Counted from the stretch's first letter, positions 51,792 through 61,989 are shown. The stretch is 64,000 nucleotides of DNA from an uncultured delta proteobacterium (GCA_963842085.1 CAWJET010000002.1:736001-800000), one strand, 5' to 3'. The notes: generated by a model from the letters alone, not told the origin. Translations and numbers: made by a program.

Positions 51792-53690
51792 ATGTCCAGA
51801 CATAAGTACGTTTCTTTTACGATGCTGATTGTTTCCCTGCTGCTGCTCGGAACCTCGCCGGGATTTGGTCAGAATCCGAATCCGCTCGCGGTGACCGGAT
51901 CGCTGCCGACCACGCCGTTGCCGCCGCCGACTCTGACCGGACCGATCCAGATGCAGTCGGTACCGGTCGGGCCGCAAGAGCCGCCGCACGCCAGCGTGCC
52001 GCCGAGCGCCTCCAACCAGTTCGAGCATCATGATGATTTGTTGAACCTGCCGCGCATCTTCGCGCATCAGTGGTCGCTGACCAAGGAGATCGCGCCCGAC
52101 AACCTGATCAGCGAGCGTTATATGCGTTCGGAAGATTCCAACGTGCGCGGCCTGACGCTCAAGGAAGCAATCTACATCGCGATACAGAACAACCCGGCGC
52201 TGAAGGCCGCCGAACTCGACCCGATCGCCTCGATGGAGACCGTCAGGGAGGCCAACGGAACCTTCGATCCGAACCTGACCGCGCAGGGCGATATCGAGAA
52301 GACCGTGGTGCCGGTCACCTCGGCCTTGCAGACCAGCGGCAGTGCGTACGTGCAGAAATTTTACGATTGGAACTTCGGCCTCAACAAGGTTTCGTCGGTC
52401 ACCAACGGAACCTGGGGCGTGACCTTCAACAACGATCGTTCGCTGTCGAATTCGACCTTCGCCGGCGTGAATCCGGCGTATCAGCCGAACCTCGCACTCT
52501 CGCTCTCACAGCCGTTGCTGCAGAACTTCGGCTGGCAGTTCGCGACCATCAATGTCCGGATCGCCGAGTCGGGCCAGAAGCAGGCGCAATGGACTTACGG
52601 CCAGGCGCTGCAGGATTTCGTGCAAAAGATCGGCGGCGACTACTGGAACGTCGTGCTCTCCGAGGAAAACCTCCAGGTCGCGCGCGCCGCGCTCCGCTTC
52701 AATCTCGACCTGGTCCGCCAGAACGCGATTAGCGTCAAGGTCGGTACCCTGGCGCCGATCGATTTGCAGGAAGCGCAATCCGCGGCCGCCACTGCGGAGG
52801 CCAACGTTTACACCGCCGAAGCCAACCTGAAGAATTCGCGCACACAGCTTCGGCAGGACGTGATGCTCAATCCCTACGGCACCTTCCTGCCCGAGGAAAT
52901 CCAACCCCTCACGCGCCCAAATCCCCAGGAGCAGATTGTCGTCGATGAGGAGCGAGCGCTCGAGCTAGCGGTACAGTACGTGCCGTCGCTGGGCAACATG
53001 CGCGAGGCGATTCGCGATGCGTTGCTGCAAGTGAAGTTCTCGGAGAACCAGGTCCTGCCGCAGCTGAACCTGGGCGCGCAAGTCGGCCTGACCTCGACGG
53101 CGGGAACTACGCCCTGTCTGATCAGCAAATTGATCCCGGCTGGAACTGGAAACTGCGGTACGTCTGCCATGCCCGGCCTCAAGGCGCCCTTCGGCGGAAT
53201 TTACGGCGATGCGCTCGATCGCCTGTGGGGTTTCAGCTACTACAACTATGCCGCGGTGCTGACGTTTCAGATGCCGCTGGACAACGCCGTGCCGCGCGCC
53301 GCTCTGGCGCAGGCTCGGGTGCAATACGAGCAGCAGCGCGTGCTGTATCGAGCGGCGCTGTCGCAAGCGGTCGTCAATGTGGAGAGCGCGATCTCCAATC
53401 TTTATGCGGACCAGAAGCGCGCGGCCGCGACGGCGTCGGCGACCTACTACGCTCGCCAGTCGCTCCACGATGAGCAAGTGAGGTTCCGCGTCGGGATGGC
53501 GACGACGCACGATCTGCTGCAATTCCAGGAAGAGGAAGTTAGCGCCGAGGGCAACCAGGTGCAGGCCGAGGTCGATCTCGAGAACGCCAAGCTCGCGCTC
53601 GCCCACTCCGACGGCACGCTGCTGAGGCAGTTCAACATCAATTGGGAAGTGCAGAATCCGCACGAAGTGCCGTGGTACGCGGCCTTCTAA
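51792..53690 (+). CDS. TolC-family outer membrane protein
   Basis: Signal peptide, LTLKEAI...NNP, LSQPLL, two OEP-like repeats, VGMATTHDLL. Confidence 0.88.
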   Translation: MSRHKYVSFTMLIVSLLLLGTSPGFGQNPNPLAVTGSLPTTPLPPPTLTGPIQMQSVPVGPQEPPHASVPPSASNQFEHHDDLLNLPRIFAHQWSLTKEIAPDNLISERYMRSEDSNVRGLTLKEAIYIAIQNNPALKAAELDPIASMETVREANGTFDPNLTAQGDIEKTVVPVTSALQTSGSAYVQKFYDWNFGLNKVSSVTNGTWGVTFNNDRSLSNSTFAGVNPAYQPNLALSLSQPLLQNFGWQFATINVRIAESGQKQAQWTYGQALQDFVQKIGGDYWNVVLSEENLQVARAALRFNLDLVRQNAISVKVGTLAPIDLQEAQSAAATAEANVYTAEANLKNSRTQLRQDVMLNPYGTFLPEEIQPLTRPNPQEQIVVDEERALELAVQYVPSLGNMREAIRDALLQVKFSENQVLPQLNLGAQVGLTSTAGTTPCLISKLIPAGTGNCGTSAMPGLKAPFGGIYGDALDRLWGFSYYNYAAVLTFQMPLDNAVPRAALAQARVQYEQQRVLYRAALSQAVVNVESAISNLYADQKRAAATASATYYARQSLHDEQVRFRVGMATTHDLLQFQEEEVSAEGNQVQAEVDLENAKLALAHSDGTLLRQFNINWEVQNPHEVPWYAAF

Positions 53691-53711
53691 CGGATTAGTC
53701 CGCCAAACGAA

Positions 53712-53749
53712 AATGCGGCGCCGATCGCATCGCGATTCGGCGCCGCATT
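53712..53749. terminator. Bidirectional hairpin terminator
   Basis: AATGCGGCGCCGA...TCGGCGCCGCATT between convergent genes. Confidence 0.75.
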
Positions 53750-53769
53750 ATTACGCGCGCTGGAGGATC

Positions 53770-54120
53770 TCAACGATGGCCGCCACCGCCGTGACCGCCG
53801 CCACCGCCGTGGCCGCCAGCGTGCACGGCGCCGCCCTCATGAGCACCGCCGCCGCCGTGATAGAACACCGTATGATGGCCCTCGCCACTGTAGTGCCCCT
53901 CCCAACTATGGTGAACGTCGAATCCGGGACTGTAGCCCCAGCCATTTCCCCAGCCTCCACCCCAACCATATGAGTACGGCGCATAGCCATACGACGGATA
54001 ACCCCCGCCGTAGTAGCCGCCTTCGTCATAACAGCCGCTGACGCCGAATGCGATCGCTCCGAGCAATACGACTGCTCCGATCGTGAGACCCAGGCTGAAA
54101 TATTTTCCCTGTGAGCGCAT
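53770..54120 (-). CDS. Gly/Tyr/His-rich lipoprotein
   Basis: MRSQGKYFSLG...VSGC lipobox then GGYYGGGY, GWGGGWG, GGHGGGGGHG. Confidence 0.75.
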   Translation of the reverse strand: MRSQGKYFSLGLTIGAVVLLGAIAFGVSGCYDEGGYYGGGYPSYGYAPYSYGWGGGWGNGWGYSPGFDVHHSWEGHYSGEGHHTVFYHGGGGAHEGGAVHAGGHGGGGGHGGGGHR

Positions 54121-54121
54121 G

Positions 54122-54628
54122 TCAGGGAACTCCCCACGCCGGCTTGCCGTCGTCCTTATAGAACGCCAGGCCGGGTGTCTTGCCAGCTGGAACATCGAGG
54201 CTGGTTCGCAGATGACCATTGGGGCCGTAGAGACCGAGTCCGGGTAGACCGTCGTCTCCCAGCGCCATGGTCGCGCGTACCTTGCCGTCCTGGTCGTAGA
54301 GGTCCACGCCGGGAGTACCGTTCGCAGCGAGGTCAACGGTAACGCGGGTACGGCCGGCCGGGTCTTCAAGATTGAACCCCACCGCGCCGTCGGACAAGAC
54401 GCCCATCGAGCCGCGCAGCTTTCCAGCGCTGTCGCGCAACAGGAATTGTTGCGCCTGCACCGTGTCGGGCACCGCCGAACTCGTCTCCGCCATCGTAAAC
54501 AGCGCACCGCAGAGCAGCATCAGCGCACCCGTCATCATTCGCAGATGCTTGTTACTGCGCTGGAGTTTGGCCTGCTGCAGTTCCAGCCGTGAAAGCCGTC
54601 CGATCAGTTCACCTGTCGATTGCTCCAT
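54122..54628 (-). CDS. Membrane-anchored beta-repeat hypothetical protein
   Basis: Coiled coil, TM, then ~22-aa repeats of type PGLxLYxxxGxxR. Confidence 0.75.
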   Translation of the reverse strand: MEQSTGELIGRLSRLELQQAKLQRSNKHLRMMTGALMLLCGALFTMAETSSAVPDTVQAQQFLLRDSAGKLRGSMGVLSDGAVGFNLEDPAGRTRVTVDLAANGTPGVDLYDQDGKVRATMALGDDGLPGLGLYGPNGHLRTSLDVPAGKTPGLAFYKDDGKPAWGVP

Positions 54629-54652
54629 AAATTCATCCTCAACCTGCGGGTT

Positions 54653-55063
54653 TCAGTGATGCCCCAGGATCGTCACTTGACGGCTCGCGAAGCGCCATCC
54701 CGCCGGCGTCTTGCGCAGCTTGTCGGTGTAGTATCCCACGGTCGATTGCTGCACCCGCCCGTCCTTGCAGTGGTAATAGAGCAGGTGCGCTGTGCCGGTG
54801 CCGCTGGCGCCGTCGAGCTCGAAGGCCGGATTGGCGACGACGTGGAGCACCTGCGCGCCGCCTAGCGATTCCTTGTACAGCGCCGCGAATCGCCTGAGCC
54901 CGTCGCGTCCGCTGTGCTTGCCGAAGCGCGGGCTCTCGAAAGTGCCGTCCTCGGTGAAGCAATCGATCCAGTCCTCGTAACGGCCGCTGTCGATCGTCCA
55001 GCAGTAACGTGCGTTGAGGCCGCGAATTTCCTCGCGATCCTCGAGTGTCCCCGTAATCGCCAT
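54653..55063 (-). CDS. SnoaL-like / NTF2-fold protein
   Basis: LEDREEIR..ARYC..ID, FTEDG, GYYTDKLRKTPAGWRF. Confidence 0.85.
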   Translation of the reverse strand: MAITGTLEDREEIRGLNARYCWTIDSGRYEDWIDCFTEDGTFESPRFGKHSGRDGLRRFAALYKESLGGAQVLHVVANPAFELDGASGTGTAHLLYYHCKDGRVQQSTVGYYTDKLRKTPAGWRFASRQVTILGHH

Positions 55064-55105
55064 GGCGTCAACTCCCCGAATCGCCGCCCCTGTTCTGAGC
55101 GGCGG

Positions 55106-56320
55106 TCAAATCACGTTGGCCTCGCGCAGCCGCGCGACATCGTCCCACGAGTAGCCGAGCATCTCGGTCAGCAACAGCTCGGTATGCTCGCCGAGTTCGG
55201 GCGCATGCCCGCGCGGCTCTCCCGGCGTTGCGCTCAACTTAACCGGCATCCCGAGCAGTGTCAGATTGCCGAGCGCGGGGTGCTCGTAGTCCACGACGTA
55301 ATCGTTGGCCCTGACCTGCGGATCGTCGGGCAGGTCGGACACCGAATTCACGATCGTATAGATGAAGTCGCCGCGTTTCTTGAGGATTCGCATCCACTCA
55401 TCGCGCGGACGCGCCGCAAACACCTCGTCGAATATCGCGACCAGCGCAGCCGAATTCCTACCGCGGGTCTTGACATCGGCAAAGCGCGGATCCTCGACCA
55501 GCTCCGCTTTGCCGATAACTTCGCAGAAATCTTTCCAATAGCGATCGGGCTGGAGCATCGCCAGCGAGATCCATTTGTCGTCGGCGCATCGATAATGGTT
55601 CCACAACGGATTGTAGGCGTTGGCGCGCGTGTTGCGCGGAAATTCCTTGCCCATGATCGTCCGCGCGACGACGTTCAGCCCCTGCAGCGCCATCATCGAG
55701 CCCAGGTGCGACGCATCCACCTCCTGCCCGATGCCCGTCCGCTCGCGCGCGAACAGCGCCGCCAGCACTCCATAGGCGAGCATGATCGCGCCCATCTGAT
55801 CGGCGATGCCGCCGTAGACGTAGGTCGGCGTCGTGGTCCCGCTTCCGACCGCGTTCATGATTCCCGAGCGCGCCTGCCCAAGGTAGTCGAACGACGGCTC
55901 GCCGCTGTCCGGGCCCTCGGGGCCGTAGCCCGATGCGCTGGCGTAGATGAGTCGCGGGTTGTGCGCGGCCAGGTCCGCATAGCCGAGCCCCAGCCGTTTC
56001 GCGACGCCCTTGCGAAAATTTTGCACGAAGACGTCGCTGTGCGCGGCCAGCCGATGCACAATCTCGCGCGCCGCGGGCTGCTTCAGGTTCAGCGCGATAC
56101 TTTTCTTGTGCTTGTTGTTGGCTTCGAAATAGTAATTGCGTCCGCCCTTGTTGGTCGCGCTGCCCGCGACCGCGGTGATTCCGCGGCCCGGGTCGCCTCG
56201 CTCGCGCTCCTCGATCTTGATCACCTCGGCGCCCAGGTCGGCCAGCATCTGCGTGGCGACCGGCCCCTGCTGCCAGATCGTCCAGTCGATAATTCGAATT
56301 CCGTCAAGCGGACCGCCCAT
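55106..56320 (-). CDS. CaiB/BaiF family CoA-transferase
   Basis: PLDGIRIID, LADLGAEVIKIE, NKHKKSIALNL, QNFR, SGYGPEGP, APELGEHT. Confidence 0.93.
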   Translation of the reverse strand: MGGPLDGIRIIDWTIWQQGPVATQMLADLGAEVIKIEERERGDPGRGITAVAGSATNKGGRNYYFEANNKHKKSIALNLKQPAAREIVHRLAAHSDVFVQNFRKGVAKRLGLGYADLAAHNPRLIYASASGYGPEGPDSGEPSFDYLGQARSGIMNAVGSGTTTPTYVYGGIADQMGAIMLAYGVLAALFARERTGIGQEVDASHLGSMMALQGLNVVARTIMGKEFPRNTRANAYNPLWNHYRCADDKWISLAMLQPDRYWKDFCEVIGKAELVEDPRFADVKTRGRNSAALVAIFDEVFAARPRDEWMRILKKRGDFIYTIVNSVSDLPDDPQVRANDYVVDYEHPALGNLTLLGMPVKLSATPGEPRGHAPELGEHTELLLTEMLGYSWDDVARLREANVI

Positions 56321-56379
56321 GCTTTTCTCTATAGCACAACCCCCTTGAGTTTGGACGCCGCCGGACGCATCAATCATAT

Positions 56380-57120
56380 ATGCCTGCGCTCGCCCAGGTC
56401 CTCGACTTTCTTTATCCTCCCCGATGCACCGCGTGTGGAACGCGGCTCGCATCCGAAGCGGGACAACGACAGCGGGTTTGCGCGCGATGCGTGGCGCGAG
56501 TCGAGCGGATGCCGGAGCCGCGCTGCGAAGTTTGCGGCGGACCGCTCGAGTCCGCCGTCAGCGACGCGACGCGATGCGCCCGATGCCTCGCGCATCCGCC
56601 GCGCTATCGAATCGCGCGCACGATCGCGCGTTATCGCACCACCGCCGAGGACGAACCTGGCAGCCTGCCGGCGCTGATTCGCCGTCACAAGTACGGCCTC
56701 GATCAATCGGTTGGGCGGGCGCTGGTGGAGTACATCGGCGACGAGCTGCCGGTGTCGGCCGGCGACTACGACATCGTCATCCCCGTGCCGTTGCATTGGC
56801 GGCGCTTGTGGTGGCGCGGATTCAACCAGGCCGCGCTGCTTGCCGCGGAGGTGGCAAGGCGTCTCGACCTTCCGTTGGATACCACCGCGATGTCACGCCG
56901 GCGCTTCACACCGCCGCAGACCGCGCGCCATCATGGCGAGCGAATCAAGAACGTGCGCCGCGCGTTCGCGGTCACGCATCCCGAACGCATCAGGAATCGC
57001 CGCGTACTGATCGTCGATGACGTCATGACCACGGGCGCCACCGTCGATGAATGCGCGCGGGTGCTGATCGCGGCAGGCGCGGCTTGCGTGGACGTCTTCA
57101 CGCTCGCGCGCGTGCTATGA
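56380..57120 (+). CDS. comF: ComF family protein
   Basis: N-terminal Cys pairs, PVPLH, RGFNQA, VDDVMTTGAT. Confidence 0.9.
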   Translation: MPALAQVLDFLYPPRCTACGTRLASEAGQRQRVCARCVARVERMPEPRCEVCGGPLESAVSDATRCARCLAHPPRYRIARTIARYRTTAEDEPGSLPALIRRHKYGLDQSVGRALVEYIGDELPVSAGDYDIVIPVPLHWRRLWWRGFNQAALLAAEVARRLDLPLDTTAMSRRRFTPPQTARHHGERIKNVRRAFAVTHPERIRNRRVLIVDDVMTTGATVDECARVLIAAGAACVDVFTLARVL

Positions 57121-57692
57121 GCGAACCGCAACGGGCCGACTGGGACGAGCGCCATCGCGGCAAGCCGGCGGGCGAAGCGGAGCCGTTCCTGGCGGAGATG
57201 CTCGCGCGGATACCCCGCGGCGTCGCGCTCGACGTCGTCGCCGGACGGGGGCGCAACGCGCTCGCGCTTGCGCGAGCGGGGCTGGCGGTGGTCGCGGTTG
57301 ATTTCTCATCCGAAGCGATGCGCCTGCTGGCCGCGACGGCGCGGACCGCGCGGCTGGCCATCTGGCCCGTGGTCGCAAACTTGGCTAGCTTTCACCTCAA
57401 GGACGAGTCTTTCGACGCGATAGTGAATATTAATTTCCTTGACCGCGCGATCTTCCAGAAATTTGCGCGCGCTCTCCGGCCCGGCGGCATTTTGATCGCC
57501 GATACGTTCCTGGTTGACCAGGCTAAGATCGGTCATCCGCACGATCCGCGCTTTCTGCTCGCGCACGGCGAGCTTCGCGCGCTCGCGGGAGGACTCGAGA
57601 TCGAAGAATACCGCGAAGGGTTGGTCACGCATGCAAACGGCGAGCGAGCCTTTCGCGCGTCGATGGCGGCGCGGCGGAGGAAATCGAGCTGA
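57117..57692 (+). CDS. Class I SAM-dependent methyltransferase (TehB-like)
   Basis: WDERH, ALDVVAGRGRNA, VDFS, FLDR, LRPGG; ATGA overlap with comF. Confidence 0.85.
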   Translation: MSEPQRADWDERHRGKPAGEAEPFLAEMLARIPRGVALDVVAGRGRNALALARAGLAVVAVDFSSEAMRLLAATARTARLAIWPVVANLASFHLKDESFDAIVNINFLDRAIFQKFARALRPGGILIADTFLVDQAKIGHPHDPRFLLAHGELRALAGGLEIEEYREGLVTHANGERAFRASMAARRRKSS

Positions 57693-58726
57693 TGGCGCCC
57701 GGGATGACATACAAAGCCGCCGGCGTCGATATCGCGCTGAAGCAGAGCCTGATTCCGCTCTTCGGTTCGATCGCCAGGGCTACTTCGGGTGCGCACGTGA
57801 TTGGCGGAGTCGGCGGATTCGGCGCGCTGGTTGGACTCAACGGCGCCCGCAAGATGCGCGCGCCGGTACTGGTCGCGGGAACAGACAGCGTCGGCACCAA
57901 GCTCATGATCGCGTTCGCGACCGGGCGTCACGACACCGTCGGCATCGACTGCGTCGCGATGTGCGTGAACGACATCATCTGCCACGCGGCGCGCCCGCTG
58001 TTCTTTCTCGATTACATCGGCTCCGGCAAGCTCGAAAAGAAAATCGCGCTCGATATCGTCAAGGGCGTCGCGCACGGATGCATCCAGGCCGGCATGAGCC
58101 TGGTCGGTGGCGAGACCGCGCAGCTCAGCGGACTGTACAAGCCCGGCGAGTACGACCTGGCCGGCTTCGCGGTGGGAATAGTCGAGCGCGCGCGAATTCC
58201 CGAGCCGTCGAACGTGCACGCCGGCGACGTGCTTATAGGAATCGCGTCCAGCGGCCTTCACTCTAACGGTTTTTCACTGGTGCGCCGCGTTCTGCGACAG
58301 GCGAAACTCAAGCTGGGCGCGCACGTCGCCGAACTGGGATGCACGCTCGGCGAGGAACTCCTGCGTCCCACGCTTATCTACGCGCGTGTCGTAGTCGAAC
58401 TGTTCGGACGCTTTAGAATAAATGGTCTCGCCAATATCACCGGCGGCGGCGTGCTCGAGAACCTGCCGCGCGTGATGCCCGCAAACACCCGCGCGATCGT
58501 CGAACGTGGCAGTTGGCCGGCGCCGCCCATCTTCGCCTTGATCCAGCGTCTTGGCAAAATCTCCCGCGCCGAAATGGATCGCACCTTCAACAATGGCCTC
58601 GGGATGGTCGCGATCGTGCCCGCGCGCGAGGCTGATCGCGTCGTCGCTCATTTGCGCCGGCGCGAATATGCGGCTTATGTTGTCGGCGAAGTAAGGCGCG
58701 GCCAGCGCGGAGTGTCGATTCGCTGA
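57692..58726 (+). CDS. purM: Phosphoribosylformylglycinamidine cyclo-ligase
   Basis: TYKAAGVD, GIDCVAMCVND, PLFFLDY, GGETA, SSGLHSNG, TFNNGLG. Confidence 0.95.
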   Translation: MAPGMTYKAAGVDIALKQSLIPLFGSIARATSGAHVIGGVGGFGALVGLNGARKMRAPVLVAGTDSVGTKLMIAFATGRHDTVGIDCVAMCVNDIICHAARPLFFLDYIGSGKLEKKIALDIVKGVAHGCIQAGMSLVGGETAQLSGLYKPGEYDLAGFAVGIVERARIPEPSNVHAGDVLIGIASSGLHSNGFSLVRRVLRQAKLKLGAHVAELGCTLGEELLRPTLIYARVVVELFGRFRINGLANITGGGVLENLPRVMPANTRAIVERGSWPAPPIFALIQRLGKISRAEMDRTFNNGLGMVAIVPAREADRVVAHLRRREYAAYVVGEVRRGQRGVSIR

Positions 58727-58741
58727 GCCGCGACTAATTCG

Positions 58742-59410
58742 ATGGCGCAAAATCCGACGGTCAAACTCGGCGTCCTGATTTCCGGCAGCGGCACCAATCT
58801 GCAAGCCATTATCGACGCGATTCTGCGCGGCGAGCTCAAGGCCAAAATCCGTCTCGTCATATCCAATCGCGCCGACGCGCAAGGACTCGAGCGCGCCCGC
58901 CGCCACGGAATCGCGACGACGGTCATCGACAACCGCGAGTTTCCCTCGCGCGAGGACTTCGACCGCGCCGTGCTCGCCGCGCTGCGCGATCGCTCCGTCG
59001 AGCTGGTGGCGTTGGCGGGCTTCATGCGCCTGCTGTCGTCGGTGATGCTCGAGGCATTTCCCGGACGCATCATGAATATCCACAACAGCCTGCTGCCGTC
59101 GTTTCCCGGCATTCATGGGCCGCGGGACGCGATCGAATACGGCGTCAAGATCGCAGGATGCACCGTCTTCTTCGTCACGCCGGGCGTCGATGTCGGCCCG
59201 GTGATCGTGCAAGCGGCTGTGCCCGTGCTGCCCGGCGACGACGAACAACGGCTCGCGGCGCGAATCCTCACCCAGGAGCATCGCATCTTTCCGCACGCGA
59301 TCGCGCTCTTCCAGCAGGGCCGTCTCGAGATCCAGGGTCGCCACGTGATCATCAAGGGCGACTCGTCCAAGCCGAGTTCGGCGCCGCTGGTGAATCCTCC
59401 AGTGGATTGA
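58742..59410 (+). CDS. purN: Phosphoribosylglycinamide formyltransferase
   Basis: ISGSGTNLQA, LAGFMRLL, NIHNSLLPSFPG, GCTV, VDVGP, QEH. Confidence 0.95.
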   Translation: MAQNPTVKLGVLISGSGTNLQAIIDAILRGELKAKIRLVISNRADAQGLERARRHGIATTVIDNREFPSREDFDRAVLAALRDRSVELVALAGFMRLLSSVMLEAFPGRIMNIHNSLLPSFPGIHGPRDAIEYGVKIAGCTVFFVTPGVDVGPVIVQAAVPVLPGDDEQRLAARILTQEHRIFPHAIALFQQGRLEIQGRHVIIKGDSSKPSSAPLVNPPVD

Positions 59411-59418
59411 TTCGGAAA

Positions 59419-60102
59419 TTGAAAACACTTTCGGTAATCGTGCCGATGCTCAACGAAGCGGCCACGATCGCGGGCACGCTCGACGCGCTTCGCCGCGGCG
59501 CTCCCGACGCGGAGATCGTCGTGGTTGACGGCGGCAGCACCGACTTGAGCATTGCGACCGCTCGGCCGTTGTGCGACGCGGTGATCAGCGCATCGCGCGG
59601 CCGCGCCCAGCAGATGAACGCCGGCGCGCGCGCGTCGCGCGGCGAGGTATTGGCTTTCGTGCATGCGGACACGATCGTGCCGCAGACTTTTGCCGCCGAC
59701 ATCGCGTCGGCGCTGTCCGATCCCGCGGTAGTCGGCGGACGCTTCGACGTCAAACTCGACTCAAGCGCCCTGCCCTTCCGGATTATCGGTGCGATGATCA
59801 GCCTGCGCTCGCGAATCAGCCGCACCGGCACCGGCGACCAGGCGATCTTCGTGCGACGCGACGTTTTCGATCGCCTCGGCGGTTTCCCTGCGCTGGAGCT
59901 GTGCGAAGACCTCGAATTCTCGCGACGCTTGAAGCGCGCCGGACGCGTCGTCTGCCTGCGCGCGCGGGTGACAACGTCGGCACGTCGATGGCATCGCGAC
60001 GGAGTCATCCGCACCGTCATCCGAATGTGGCTGATTCGCGCGATGTACCTGATGGGTGTGCCGCCCGCTCGCCTGAAACGGATGTACGCCGATACCCGCT
60101 AG
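59419..60102 (+). CDS. GT2 glycosyltransferase (TIGR04283-like)
   Basis: SVIVPMLNE, VVDGGSTD, GRAQQMNAGA, FVHAD, GDQAIF, LCED, TSARRW; TTG start. Confidence 0.88.
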   Translation: MKTLSVIVPMLNEAATIAGTLDALRRGAPDAEIVVVDGGSTDLSIATARPLCDAVISASRGRAQQMNAGARASRGEVLAFVHADTIVPQTFAADIASALSDPAVVGGRFDVKLDSSALPFRIIGAMISLRSRISRTGTGDQAIFVRRDVFDRLGGFPALELCEDLEFSRRLKRAGRVVCLRARVTTSARRWHRDGVIRTVIRMWLIRAMYLMGVPPARLKRMYADTR

Positions 60103-60164
60103 CCGCGGCGCGATACTGGACAGACTTTTTCGCTCGAATAAGAATGGCTCCAGCGAGGTACGAC

Positions 60165-60434
60165 GTGGCGAAAGTCGAAGTGTACACAACCACCTATTGC
60201 CCGTTCTGCACGCGGGCCAAGAACCTGCTCAAGAACAAGCGCGTCGCTTTCGATGAAATCGACGTCACCGACGACGACGAGTTGCGCGCGAAGATGATCG
60301 AGATGTCCGGCGGACGCCGCACCGTCCCCGAAATTTTCATCAACGGCAAGATCGTCGGCGGTTTCGACGAATTGAAGGCGCTCGACGACTCCGGAAAGCT
60401 CGACGGTCTATTGGCTGAGTCGGCGCCAGCCTGA
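60165..60434 (+). CDS. grxC: Glutaredoxin 3
   Basis: YTTTYCPFC, RTVPEIFI, VGGFD. Confidence 0.9.
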   Translation: MAKVEVYTTTYCPFCTRAKNLLKNKRVAFDEIDVTDDDELRAKMIEMSGGRRTVPEIFINGKIVGGFDELKALDDSGKLDGLLAESAPA

Positions 60435-60530
60435 AAGCGTCACCGCCCGGCGTTCAACGATTTGTTAAAATAGAGACCGGCGCATCACGTGTCGCGACGC
60501 GCCGGTGCTGCGATAGCTTTTAGCGAGCGG

Positions 60531-60974
60531 TCAGTTGTTGTTCGGCGAAGCGACCAATCCCTCGTTCATATGATGCAAGGCTTCGCGGTCAACCGACGAA
60601 TCGTATTGAATCGCCTTGGCGCTGACCGTGACCTGCGAGCCGTCGGCCGAGACCGTGTCGTTCTCGTTGACGATCGCGTCGATAGTGTCGGGCCATTTTG
60701 CATAGGCCATCGCCTTCAGCTTGTCGCTGATCTTCTCCTCATCGATCGCGTCGGGCGAAAACGGCACCGTGTAGGTCAGGTCGCCAAGCGTCGTGTATGG
60801 CTTGCCCGGCGGCGGCGCTTCGGTGGTGACCCAGATATGCGCCATGTCAACGCGATGCACGAACACCTGCTGCTTCTGTACTTCTTCCTGGCGAGCAGCT
60901 TCAACGGCGGCGCAGCCGGAAATCCCCAGCGCCAGTCCAATCGCCAACCATGTTAGAATTTTCGATGAACGCAT
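60531..60974 (-). CDS. Hypothetical lipoprotein
   Basis: Lipobox ISGC; PGKPYTTLG...DAIV. Confidence 0.75.
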   Translation of the reverse strand: MRSSKILTWLAIGLALGISGCAAVEAARQEEVQKQQVFVHRVDMAHIWVTTEAPPPGKPYTTLGDLTYTVPFSPDAIDEEKISDKLKAMAYAKWPDTIDAIVNENDTVSADGSQVTVSAKAIQYDSSVDREALHHMNEGLVASPNNN

Positions 60975-61141
60975 GTTCTTCCTCGTCGGTCCCCGTCGAT
61001 CTGGTTTCAATTATAGCCGCCGCGCCGCAGATGTCTAATCGTGCTCTGTCGGGTGTCGGGCTGACAGTTTATTCCACCGAATGCCTCGCTTGGGCAAGCG
61101 TTCGAGTGTTCGTTCTTGGCCGTGATCGGTAGTATTCCCGC

Positions 61142-61978
61142 GTGACCAGATTCGCCGCCTGCTTCATCCTCGTCTTCGGAGAACTCGCCTGGGGCGGGCT
61201 TTTCGCCCTGGCGATTCCGCCTTTCTTTAAGGTCGAGCGCGGCTTTTACAAATCGAGCGCTTCGGTTTACCTGGCCGCCTCGCTGACCACCGCCGTCGGC
61301 CTGGGATTGCTGGCGTCGCGCGGCGGCGGGTCCGCGGGACCGGGCGCCGGGTCATTGTGGACGGCGGCGGCGCTGTGGACCCTGTCGAGCACCGCAACCG
61401 CCGTCTATCTTTACACCCTTTGGACCGAAAACGGCCTGCTGCGCGCGCGAGCGTACGCGCTCGGCTTGGGCCTCGGCCTCGTCGCCCTGATTGCCAACGT
61501 GATGCTCCTGATGCCGTCCGGTTTCGGCGCGGCCGCCGCCGTCGCCTACGGACTTACCGCCATCACCTCGGCGCTGGTCCTGGGACTGGTGAGCGGCGCG
61601 ATGCTGTTTGGACATTGGTATCTCATCGACCTCGAGATGCCGGTCGATTACTTGCGCACCTTCATCCGGTTGCTGGGGATCGTGCTGGTCGCGGACTTGG
61701 TCGCGCTCGGCCTCGCGATCGCAATCCCTGCGACCCTCGGCAGCACCGGCGCGGTTGCCGCCGTGCACGAGCTATTCGCCTCGCATTCAGGACTGCTGGC
61801 AGTCCGCCTTATACTCGGCCCGGTCGCGACGATCGTGCTGGTCTGGATGTGCTGGCAGACGCTGAAAATTCCTCAGACGATGGCGGCAACCGGCCTGCTC
61901 TACATCGCAGTGATGTCGGTGCTGGTCGGAGAAATGCTCGGCCGCTTCATCCTGTTCAGAACCGCCATCCCGCTCTGA
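61142..61978 (+). CDS. Polytopic membrane protein
   Basis: About 8 TM helices; MLFGHWYL, ATGLLY, GEMLGR. Confidence 0.8.
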   Translation: MTRFAACFILVFGELAWGGLFALAIPPFFKVERGFYKSSASVYLAASLTTAVGLGLLASRGGGSAGPGAGSLWTAAALWTLSSTATAVYLYTLWTENGLLRARAYALGLGLGLVALIANVMLLMPSGFGAAAAVAYGLTAITSALVLGLVSGAMLFGHWYLIDLEMPVDYLRTFIRLLGIVLVADLVALGLAIAIPATLGSTGAVAAVHELFASHSGLLAVRLILGPVATIVLVWMCWQTLKIPQTMAATGLLYIAVMSVLVGEMLGRFILFRTAIPL

Positions 61979-61989
61979 TTCGGCTCGTC

